From positions 62,001-126,000 of the forward strand of contig NIVC01000725.1 in assembly GCA_002269645.1 (NCBI GenBank): 64,000 bases of DNA, written 5' to 3'. Source of the DNA: Macrostomum lignano (lineage: Eukaryota). Below, in pieces: positions 1 through 13,049 of the stretch (within the stretch, counting starts at the first letter, position 1; the number at the start of each line of letters is the position of its first letter). Under the pieces are notes generated by a model. It was given only the letters and a program-made list of their open reading frames with translations. It made no database searches and was not told the origin of the DNA. Position numbers and translations under genes: made by a program.

Positions 1-959
1 TCTAGAACCACATGGATAATTGGAAAAGTGTGTCACAATCCAGATGTTACATCTGGAACTCCATGGATAGTTAATAAAGGAGTGTCACAGTCCAGATTTT
101 ATTAGAACTAGGACTCCTCTCAGATATCAGATCTAGAGCTCCATGGGTGGCTAAGGCGTTGGCAATTTCCAATTTTGAAAGCTCGAAAAGTGAAGTCCCA
201 TCCCAGACTCAACAATTTAGTACTCCATGGCTAAATAGCAATTCACAAGAGCCCTCTCAATTTGTGAGTCACACACGCACACTTGCAAATTGCAACGGTA
301 AACAACTATACAGGTAAGATTTTTAATTAGGACTTGACAGAACCGGCACAACTCTCAGGATAAGGGACAGCCGCAGGCATGCTCAATCCAAAATAATGAC
401 GATTGTGTTCTCAGAACACGCGAGTAGCGTGGAGTAAATTTTTTTTGGGGGGGGGCTACTCAAGTAGCTCTTGAGCACTGTATACTACATAAGTGTAGTA
501 GACCTCTAAGTAGCGTCTGGGCCCGCTTATTTCAAGAGACATGCAAGTTCTCAGTGCTATACAAGGATAGCAATAGCACACTGAGCCAGTTTGGCCCCAC
601 CTGCGTTGGTGGTCTGAGTCGGGGGACTCTAGCTGGTGCCATCTAATTAAGAGAATCAAGGTGCAGCATCTGCTTGAACCGCAAGCCCACTAATTGCTAT
701 AATTGCTCGGCCATCTACCGCCGCGTGCAGAAATTCAGATTAGCGGACCAGAATAGCCTGCTCTGAGAGACTGAGCGAGCAGTAGTGCTTTGCCCCCCAC
801 GAGCAACATGTTGCACGCAGAGATAATGGAGCACTGTTCGCATCTTACATGCGCTCTGGGAGTTCGGCTTAATAAGGGCATGCCAGCTAGAGAATTTCTT
901 TTCTTTTAGCAAAGTTTCCGGGGCTTTTAGTGCAGTAAAAGTAAGCGATGAAAGATTTG

Positions 960-1145
960 TGTTCATATCGAACAAGTGTGTGCTCAAATCTTGGGCAGGT
1001 GTGCCAGCGTGTAAAATTTCGGACAGCTTTGCAACTTTTTGGACAGTTTTGCTCAAATTTTGGATAGCTGTGCTCAAATTTCGGACATATATTCTCAAAT
1101 TTCGGACAAATATGCTCAAATTAAGGATGGTTGTGCTAAAATATC
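960..1145. repeat. Degenerate ~21-nt tandem repeat (GCTCAAATTTCGGACA core)
   Basis: Core recurs about 6-7 times. Confidence 0.6.
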
Positions 1146-1547
1146 ATTACAAAATTCTCCACACAGAAGACACAGCGGCTTGAAATAACATGTGACTAAT
1201 ATGTTTACCGCATATTAAGGTTCGAGCAAGCCAGCTCGTACATAAATTCGTCAACAAGTTCAGTCAGCCCAGTTGGCTGCCTTCGAGCTGCAGCCCAGCA
1301 CACAAAGCCATATAAAAGCCATTAAGGCGCAGCTGTTTCCCACGATTTCGTGCTTGCGTATTGGCTCAAATTTAGACAATAAATAAAAGAATCAGAGCGC
1401 CAAGCTTGATGTCACAATGCAGTGAGCGGCCCCCAAAATGATAAAAACGGTTTACTAGCTGGACGGAATATTCACCTTATAACAGTTTTTGTGTGTTTAA
1501 ATGTAGTGAAATTCGCGTCTCTCGGAGGCTTTTAAAGCTTTCTTTTA

Positions 1548-3851
<2,304 letters not shown>

Positions 3852-5635
3852 GGTCCTTCTGTTTGCTTATGTCAGCTTTAAAAATTGGAAGTTTTAATTT
3901 AAAAAGAAGAGTTTTCTTTTTTTAACGGTAATTTCTTGTTTTAAAAAGAGAATCATTGCTAACCTATTTATGGTAACCTGAGCATCATCTCGAATTGGCA
4001 TTGTTCATAGGAGCGCAGAAATGACACAACCACCCCTCATTAAAGAAGCTCGATTGGATGGCACAGACAATGCGCATTGTGATGCGGTGGGAGCTGCTAA
4101 AAGCAGTTGTTGGGCTCTGTGCCACCTGCAATGGTGAGATGCTTTCGAGCTCGACATTTTATTGAGCTGCACTGGCCTTAACTTTATGGCATGATGCTCA
4201 ATATAGATGCATTTACGATTGTACCGATTTTGTTGGTGGATGGAGGAGGGCAGATTTTATTGGGACTCGGGGGTCACCGGGGGTCACCGGGGGTCACCGT
4301 CGACTCTAAGACTTTTATTTGGTAGTTTGAATTACGCGGATTTTGCTGACTTTGCCAAAGCTGCCGTTTCTGCTCTCAATTGGAACCCTGAGGCCCAGTG
4401 TGTCTGTGTCTGTCTGTCTGCCTGTCTGTGTGTCTGTCTGTCAGTCAGTCTGTCAGTCTGTCTGTCAGTCTATCTACTATTCTACCACACATTGCTACGC
4501 CACATTTTTAGTATGGTTTTTACCATAGAATAAAAGCATTGAATACCGCTGTCTGAGCGAATCAAAAACGTTTTAGACTTAAATATAGGTTTCGGCCATA
4601 GACATAAGAACAGGAGGATCTCAACCGCTGTGCCATAGACTATGAATAGTGAGATAGGTAGAAAAAGCGGTGTCATGTAACTTCATTGCAGTGATTCAAC
4701 AGATTTTACGAGCGATATTATAATAAAGCATTGTACAGCCGCCACAATTGGCTGGATTTTACAACCTTAGCTGGACCGACTCGATGCGTATTGAACCATG
4801 GTGACAGAATTTGCGACCATCGACAAAATGGAGTTGAAACTGTCTCTTCTACTTGAAGTTAAAACCGAATAGAACTACTGATATCAGTAGAAAAAAACGA
4901 GCATGGTCGCTTTTTTATTCTCTGCTAACTCAAAAAGCATTTGTGAGTACGTTAACCAATTGTCTCGTGGAAAATTCCTGACAGCTAGGTACCCTCGTAC
5001 TACAAGTTCGTTTGTTCTACCAGAATTCAGCCTTTGAAATCTGATTTTTTTCCCTGCCCCAGGCCCATTGTGCTGTGGGGCTTTGAGTTTAGTAAAAGCC
5101 TGCATGTTGTCATGGAATTGGTAACCAAGGGCGCCTATAGCTCAAACTGCAATGGACTCAGGTATAGCTCACCTGCGAGGAACTAATTCCTTCCCTACTC
5201 AACTCTTTCATTCTCCAGTCTGTACGTTGCACTGGCTGAGGTTATGGGGCTTGGCAGTCCCATTGTGCCACAATACACCCCGTATGGGCCAAGGAGATCT
5301 ACAGAATATAAGGGTAGATTTAGGGTAGATTTAAAGCTCCATGGGCCGCGCAGTCCATGGACACTTCTGTTGTGGAGGGCTCCTCCAACACTGCTGCGTT
5401 GCCAGTGACAACACAGGCCGGCTCTGCCCCATTCTGTAGGTCCCCCTCCGGCCATTGCTCAGTCCCTCTCTTCCCTGCGAGTACACAGGGCTACAAGCGG
5501 GGAAAGGCAGGGGAAAATGCAGTTATAATCCTTCCAAAAACTCCTCACAGACATCCCCAGCCTCTCCAGTTATCGGAGCCAAAAAAATCGCAGAGCCAGC
5601 ACAAAATAATTAACAGATCAGAATTGATTTCAGCT

Positions 5636-8600
5636 ATGAGTGTCGAACCAAGTGCACCGCCGCCAGAGGGGGTCCGCGTTGAGGAGACCAGCTACGGCAC
5701 CTGCTACCTGCCGAACGCGGCCCCAAAGGAGGCCAGATCGGAGAAGAAGAAGCATCGAAACAGAGCGCCAGGGCAGGTGAAAAATTCTGGCGATGGTGCC
5801 AGTTCTTCGTCTAGCGACTCATCCGATGATGAAAGCGTACCAGGGCCGCCCGTCTATGAGAATCGTGAGTGAGACGGCCCTCTGTTGCTAGGGAGATTCG
5901 GTAGACGTCAAGGTGGAGTTCTGCCCATACACACGCTCACACGCTCACACGCCCCTGACTTTCTAATCCTGTCAGGCATGTGCACTCTCTGTGTAACTTA
6001 GACAGGGGATTACAGATTCGCCTTTGACACAACAAGACTCCCCAACCCATTGCTTTCGACTCCGCAGCCACTCAGCAGCTGATTCAGCAGGTGCCGCAGA
6101 AGAACCCGACGCCGCCCCGGTTCATGATGCAGAGCACGCAGAGTCACGTGATGTCTGTGGAGTTCTACCCGATCTGCCAGCAGAAGGGCAACCAGAGGCT
6201 GGACATATCGCCTAGATTTGAGTCTTTCTCGTGAGTTTAAACAACTGTTTGGGAGTTGAGGAAAAAAGATTGATAGCGATTGAGGTCGGGAGTGGTAGGA
6301 AGTGAGAGTTGAGAGGGGAAGTGAGAGAGGCGAGAGCGGAGGTGAGAGAGGAGAGAGGGGAAGTGAGAGAGGAGAGAGGGGAAGTGAGAGAGTTGAGAGG
6401 GGAAGTGAGAGAGGCGAGAGAGGAGGTGAGAGAGGAGAGAGGGGAAGTGAGAGAGGAGAGAGGGGGAGTGAGAAAGGAGAGAGGGGAAGTGAGAGAGGAG
6501 AGAGGGGAGGTGAGAGAGGCGAGAGGGGAGGTGAGAGAGGAGAGAGGGGAAGTGAGAGAGGAGAGAGGGGAGGTGAGAGAGGCGAGAGGGGAGGTGAGAG
6601 AGGAGAGAGGGGAAGTGAGAGAGGCGAGAGGGGAAGTGAGAGAGGCGAGAGGGGAGTTGAGAGAGGCGAGAGGGGAGGTGAGAGAGGAGAGAGGGGAAGT
6701 GAGAGAGGCGAGAGGGGGAGTGAGTGGAAGAGGGTGCATTAGAAAGGCACAGCAGATGCCGGTTGCAGAACAAACAACAAAAGAGATCACTTTATTTAAA
6801 GTGTGCAATACGAACTCACTGACACATCCTTACCCTCCCCAACTGCTCAGCACGCTGATGGCTCAGGCCAATCACTGGCTGTCAACTCATCCGGACTTCC
6901 GGTGCATGCGCTGCGAGACCATCCCGCGGCCGGCTACGTTCGATGGCGTCATTGACTACGCGGGCACCCACACCAGGGGCTCGAAGTTCGGCTCGCTGGT
7001 CTTTGTTCGCGGTCTCAGGCAAGTCTGTCGCCTCAGAATAACAAAACAATAATTGCAGGAGGGCTGCGGGAAACCTGGCAGGCACGCACTCGTACAGACG
7101 CTCACGCAGGGTGTACACAACGGCCCTTTGACTTTCTAATCGTCAGGAATGTACAGTCTGTGCCTTGGCCGTTTTGGCCCAGCTCATGGCTGTGAATCGC
7201 AAGGCACGCCCCCTATCTATGATCCCGACTCGCCCCCTATCTATGATCCCGACTCGCCCCCTATCTATGATCCCGACTCGCCCCCCTATCTATGATCCCG
7301 ACTCGCCCCCCCCCCTATCTATGATCCCGACTCGCCCCCCTATCTATGATCCCGACTCGCCCCCGATCTATGATCCCGACTCCCCCCCCCTATCTATGAT
7401 CCCGACTCGCCCCCCTATCTATGATCCCGACTCGCCCCCGATCTATGATCCCGACTCGCCCCCTATCTATGATCCCGACTCGCCCCCCTATCTATGATCC
7501 CGACTCGCCCCCCCCCCTATCTATGATCCCGACTCCCCCCCTATCTATGATCCCGACTCGCCCCCCTATCTATGATCCCGACTCGCCCCCGATCTATGAT
7601 CCCGACTCGCCCCCGATCTATGATCCCGACTCGCCCCCGATCTATGATCCCGACTCGCCCCCGATCTATGATCCCGACTCCCCCCCCCTATCTATGATCC
7701 CGACTCGCCCCCCTATCTATGATCCGGACTCGCCCCCCTATCTATGATCCCGACTCGCCCCCCCCCCTATCTATGATCCCGACTCGCCCCCCTATCTATG
7801 ATCCCGACTCGCCCCCGATCTATGATCCCGACTCCCCCCCCCCCCTATCTATGATCCCGACTCGCCCCCCTATCTATGATCCCGACTCGCCCCCCTATCT
7901 ATGATCCCGACTCGCCCCCGATCTATGATCCCGACTCCCCCCCCCCCTATCTATGATCCCGACTCGCCCCCCTATCTATGATCCCGACTCGCCCCCGATC
8001 TATGATCCCGACTCCCCCCCCCCCTATCTATGATCCCGACTCGCCCCCCTATCTATGATCCGGACTCGCCCCCTATCTATGATCCCGACTCGCCCCCCCC
8101 CTATCTATGATCCCGACTCGCCCCCCTATCTATGATCCCGACTCGCCCCCCTATCTATGATCCCAACTCGCCCCCCCCCCTATCTATGATCCCGACTCGC
8201 CCCCCTATCTATGATCCCGACTCGCCCCCCCCCCCCCCCCCTATCTATGATCCCGACTCGCCCCCCTATCTATGATCCCGACTCGCCCCCTATCTATGAT
8301 CCCGATTCGCCCCCCTATCTATGATCCCGACTCGCCCCCCTATCTATGATCCCGACTCGCCCCCCCCCTATCTATGATCCCGACTCCCCCCCTATCTATG
8401 ATCCCGACTCGCCCCCCTATCTATGATCCCGACTCGCCCCCCCCCCTATCTATGATCCCGACTCGCCCCCCTATCTATGATCCCGACTCGCCCCCCCTAT
8501 CTATGATCCCGACTCGCCCCCCCTATCTATGATCCCGACTCCCCCCCCTATCTATGATCCCGACTCGCCCCCCTATCTATGATCCCGACTCGCCCCCTAT

Positions 8601-11518
8601 CTATGATCCCGATTCGCCCCCTATCTATGATCCCGACTCGCCCCCCTATCTATGATCCCGACTCGCCCCCCCCCCTATCTATGATCCCGACTCGCCCCCT
8701 ATCTATGATCCCGACTCGCCCCCCTATCTATGATCCCGACTCGCCCCCCCCATCTATGATCCCGACTCGCCCCCGATCTATGATCTCGACTCGCCCCCCT
8801 ATCTATGATCCCGACTCGCCCCCCCCCTATCTATGATCCCGACTCGCCCCCCCCCCTATCTATGATCCCGACTCGCCCCCTATCTATGATCCCGACTCGC
8901 CCCCCCCCCCCTATCTATGATCCCGACTCGCCCCCCTAACTAAGCCTGTGGAAATGATTGCAGGATGTGGGTGACCCAGCGCAACGACATACCCATGCAG
9001 CAGCTGTGGTACATTAACGTTTTGCCGAAGCCGGCTCCGAAAACCGACAACAGTCTGTTTCCGGAATTCGAAGATCTCAAACAGACATGCGACGCGATGA
9101 ACATGCAGTTCGGAGTCAACCCGCTGCCGGGCACCATACTCAACATGGAGCAGATGGAGCTGTTGTTCCAACGCTGGGGCAATAAGCGCAATATTGATCT
9201 GGACAAGACTTACCAGCTAGTGCGCCAGGACAAGGGCAAGTTCTATCTGATCGGGCTGCGAATCTACTACATGGTGGGGGCGCCGCTCAACGAGAAAATT
9301 GGTAAGCTATGCGTTGCCTAAGCCGACTGCAGTTCTGAAATTTTAGTATTGTGGAAGGAAGAAATAGTATTCAGCCCCTAGCAGGGCCTCCCAAAGTATG
9401 CAGCACTCCTACAAAACCACAGACCCCTACCCAAAACCTCATAACCCCTTAGCCTCAAACACCCAACCCCCTTAGCCCCAAACACCCAATCCCCTTAGCC
9501 CCAAACACCCAACCCTTAGCCCAAACACCCAATCCCCTTAGCCCCAAACACCCAACCCATTTAGCCCCAAACACCCAATCCCCTTAGCCCCAAACACTCA
9601 ACCCTCCTTAGCCCCAAACACCCAACCCCCTTAGCCCCAAACACCCAACCATCTTAGCCTCAAAATCTCATAGCCTAAACACCCTTCCATTAGCCACAAG
9701 CCCCCTTAGCCTTAAACACCCAACCTCATAGCCCCAAACCCCAATAGCCCCACCCCCTTAGCCCAAACCTCAATTCCCTTAGCTCCAACTCCTCAGCCCC
9801 TGACCTCAATGCCGAACTTTTTAAAGCCCAGCGTACAATTCAGTTAAAACCCAATCGCTCGCTGTACCCCAGGCATTGTCAGCCTCCTACCCGAGGCCAC
9901 GCACCGGTCCGGGATGCAGCGACCGAAATTCTCAGACTACACTTCGCTAGTTAACAAGGCTATTAAATGGATCGGACAAAATCACGCGGTGAGTGTTTTG
10001 GTCATAACTGTGACGACGCTTCACCTTTTAATAAGTGTACGATAAACTAATATTCTCCCCTATTTGTGCCACCCGCGCCAGAATGTCCGGGTCACCGATC
10101 TGCAATCGTTTCGTCTGTTCGTCAATATGGATGGCGGCGATTTGAGTAAGCGATTACTGTAAAATTATGTTTATTAGCGATAAATACGCAAACACACTAA
10201 CCAGACGCTGAAAGTAGAGCATTGAGAATTTTTTCTGTAATTTTTCACAGGGTGGAAAGAATGGGCCGAAGTGGAGAATCCTTATCGAAGCCACTCTGTT
10301 GATCGGTCGAGCTCTGTGACTTCGTTTATGCTAACTACACTCAGAGTGAGCCGTCAGTTATGGCGCTAATCACTTACAGCAAAATCTTCTTGAAAACATC
10401 ACAAACATTTATCTTGGCTTTCAGATCATCTTCACGTATGGTGGGCCGCAGCTGCCACTGCTGCAGACTGGCTTACTGACTACTAAAGTCTTTGTGCCCT
10501 TCAAGACGGGAGATCAGAGCTACGAATCTGTGCAGATGACCTGCGGCAGAATTGCCAGCTGGATGAATGTCACCAGTGAGGATTTTGTGGATGATGGCTC
10601 ATCTTTGTGCGTCTGTCATTCCGGTCTAACCATGTCACTCCGGTCTTTAACCATCTGCCACTCCTGTCTTTAATTATCTGTCACTCCGGTCTTTAATTAT
10701 CTGTCACTCCGGTCTTTAACCATCTGTCACTCCGGTCTTTAACCATCTGTCACTCCGGTCTTTAACCATCTGTCACTCCGGTCTTTAACCATCTGTCACT
10801 CCGGTCTTTAACCATCTGTCACTCCGGTCTTAACCATCTGTCACTCCGGTCTTTAACCATCTGTCACTCCGGTCTTTAACCATCTGTCACTCCGGTCTTA
10901 ACCATCTGTCACTCCGGTCTTTAACCATCTGTCACTCCGGTCTTTAACCATCTGTTTTAACCATCTGTCACTCCCGTCTTAACCATCTGTCACTCCGTTA
11001 TTCAACCATCTGTCACTCCGGTCTTTAACCACCTGTCACTCCGATTTCATCCCAATGTCCTTCTGAAAGGCACCCGGAATTTCTAAACAATCATTTATTT
11101 ATCAAAAGTTAAATTTCTAAATTAAAAGTGAAAAATCCTACCCAGAGCCCAGAATCGTGTCGGCCGAGACCATCCAAGTGTTTCACCCAGCCGAGGCTGA
11201 CGAAGTGAAGCACGCAAACTGTGACGTCATGCTGACCAAACTGACCAATCATAGCTATGTGACCTGCTTCAGGTGAGACCCTGACGGTTGAGAATCATGG
11301 CATGGCTGATCAGAAATCCGAAGTCGCGCAGAGATTCAAGATAAAAAATGGACCCAATTCAATTTTTCGACAGGTTCTTTATCGACGGTGTGGTCCCGGA
11401 GCCGACCCCGGACTTGCTGCCGCCGCCCCGAGAAGGCAGACGTCGTCCTGCTGTGTTGTGCTCTGAGCTCACTTTTTGCTCTGAGCTCACCTTTTGCTCT
11501 GAGCTCTCGACTGCTTGA
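5636..11518 (+). CDS. Uncharacterised ~514-aa protein with four ~95-aa internal repeats; probable C-terminal CaaX
   Basis: Ten exons: 5636-5864, 6068-6230, 6851-7018 (GC donor), 8964-9301, 9873-9988, 10082-10145, 10251-10345, 10425-10575, 11146-11272, 11374-11518 (stop as assembled; CaaX-frame stop at 11466). All phases are consistent. Repeat cores: PRFESFSTLMAQANHWL / PEFEDLKQTCDAMN / PKFSDYTSLVNKAIKWI / SYESVQMTCGRIASWM. Confidence 0.85.
5927..5993 (+). other. Dispersed intronic hairpin element, copy A (partial)
   Basis: CCCCTGAC-TTTCTAATCCT-GTCAGGCATGTGCACTCTCTG; shares sequence with copies at 7077, 19047 and 21726. Confidence 0.7.
6295..6730. repeat. 21-nt purine-rich minisatellite (GAGAGGAGAGAGGGGAAGTGA)n, intron 2 of the + gene
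   Basis: About 20 units. Confidence 0.96.
7077..7207 (+). other. Dispersed intronic hairpin element, copy B
   Basis: GGCACGCACTC...CAGGGTGTACA...TTTGAC-TTTCTAATC-GTCAGG-AA-TGTACA...ATGGCTGTGAATCGC. Confidence 0.7.
7205..8938. repeat. ~25-nt minisatellite (ATCTATGATCCCGACTCGCCCCCCT)n with variable C tract, intron 3 of the + gene
   Basis: About 1.7 kb of tandem units. Confidence 0.98.
9440..9800. repeat. Degenerate ~22-nt repeat (CCCTTAGCCCCAAACACCCAA)n, intron 4 of the + gene
   Basis: Clear units at 9460-9660, decaying outward. Confidence 0.88.
10620..11045. repeat. 23-nt minisatellite (TAACCATCTGTCACTCCGGTCTT)n, intron 8 of the + gene
   Basis: About 18 units. Confidence 0.95.
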
Positions 11519-11864
11519 ACAAGAAACCGAAATCGATTTCATTAAGTCTATTTTATTTCAAGTTGAAAGTGAGCAAATGGCTACAAATAAGGAATTCTTT
11601 CCATCCCTCTCGTTGGGAGTTGCGTCCTTTTTTCGTCCCGGCTACACTGCAAACAGAATCGGCCTCTGTACCTGAGAAACCTTTTGAATAAAACCATATC
11701 TAATGAGAGCTAAATTTAAACCTCTTATAATGCAATTTTTTCTGCCAAATAAACTGCTGCGGTGGAAATTCTGCGATTCTGTTTTTAAAATACACTCGTA
11801 GATAACTTTTGCGAGCAGCCATCTTTGTAAAGTCTTGATTTAAATTTTCTGAACTCAGCGCTTG

Positions 11865-12572
11865 GGCGCTAAAAGAAGCCAGCAGATTTGGCGCTAAAAG
11901 CAGCCAGTAGATTTGGCGCTAAAAGCAGCCAATAGATTTGGCGCTAATAACAGCCAATAGATTTGGCGCTAAAAGCAGCCAGTAGATTTGGCGCTAAAAG
12001 CAGCCAGTAGATTTGGCGCTAAAAGCAGCCAGTAGATTTGGCGCTAATAACAGCCAACAGATTTGGCGCTAAAAGCAGCCAGTAGATTTGGCGCTAAAAG
12101 CAGCCAATAGATTTGGCGCTAATAACAGCCAATAGATTTGGCGCTAATAACAGCCAATAGATTTGGCGCTAAAAGCAGCTAATAGATTTGGCGCTAATAA
12201 CAGCCAATAGATTTGGCGCTAAAAGCAGCCAGTAGATTTGGCGCTAAAAGCAGCCAGTAGATTTGGCGCTAATAACAGCCAACAGATTTGGCGCTAAAAG
12301 CAGCCAGTAGATTTGGCGCTAAAAGCAGCCAATAGATTTGGCGCTAATAACAGCCAATAGATTTGGCGCTAATAACAGCCAATAGATTTGGCGCTAAAAG
12401 CAGCTAATAGATTTGGCGCTAATAACAGCCAATAGATTTGGCGCTAAAAGCAGCCAGTAGATTTGGCGCTAAAAGCAGCCAACAGATTTTGGCGCTAAAA
12501 GCAGCCAATAGATTTGGCGCTAAAAGCAGCCAATAGATTTGGCGCTAAAAGCAGCCAATAGATTTAGCGCCA
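11865..12572. repeat. 25-nt minisatellite (AGATTTGGCGCTAAAAGCAGCCAGT/AAT)n between convergent 3' ends
   Basis: About 28 units. Confidence 0.97.
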
Positions 12573-13049
12573 AAAGAGAAAAAGGCAACTCATTGAATAC
12601 ACGAAACGATTTAGACTGCAACAGATATTTGAAAGCAATTTTATTCACAAACAAGTGACACGCCAGTTTATCCAGATGAAATTGCGGTCATCAAGTAGTT
12701 ACAGAAGTTAAAGCGCACTCAACTAAGAGAAGTTGTTTAAAAGAGCAGACACTAAAGGCTACTACTAAATTTTTTTATAGGACAATTGAAATTTAACCGT
12801 ACCAGTCACTTGGCTATATAAAATGCGAGGTCAACAATAACAGTAATAACAATAATTATAATTAATAATTGACTAACAGAGTAATTTTACAAAGAGTAAA
12901 TTTACATTTGAACTAAATTGTGAATAGTATAAAATGAAGCGAGTGAATGTTTGACAGCTAGCTTTCACAAGTGATCAAACTGCTTGCGACTCCTCAAGAA
13001 AAGGCCATACAAGTAAATAATGGGTGCAGAATCTCCTGAATCTCAGATT

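Noticed and set aside
1-1540. Search for the remaining Ovo zinc-finger exon and for ORFs 456-659 and 715-1119 as genes
   Set aside because: No finger 3-4 sequence in the minus-strand stretches I translated; the short ORFs have no motifs or splice support.
5357-5635. N-terminal extension of the + gene suggested by ORF 5357-5872
   Set aside because: A strong acceptor (TTGATTTCAG) precedes ATG 5636 and the upstream part crosses A-rich intron-like sequence; an upstream exon cannot be excluded.
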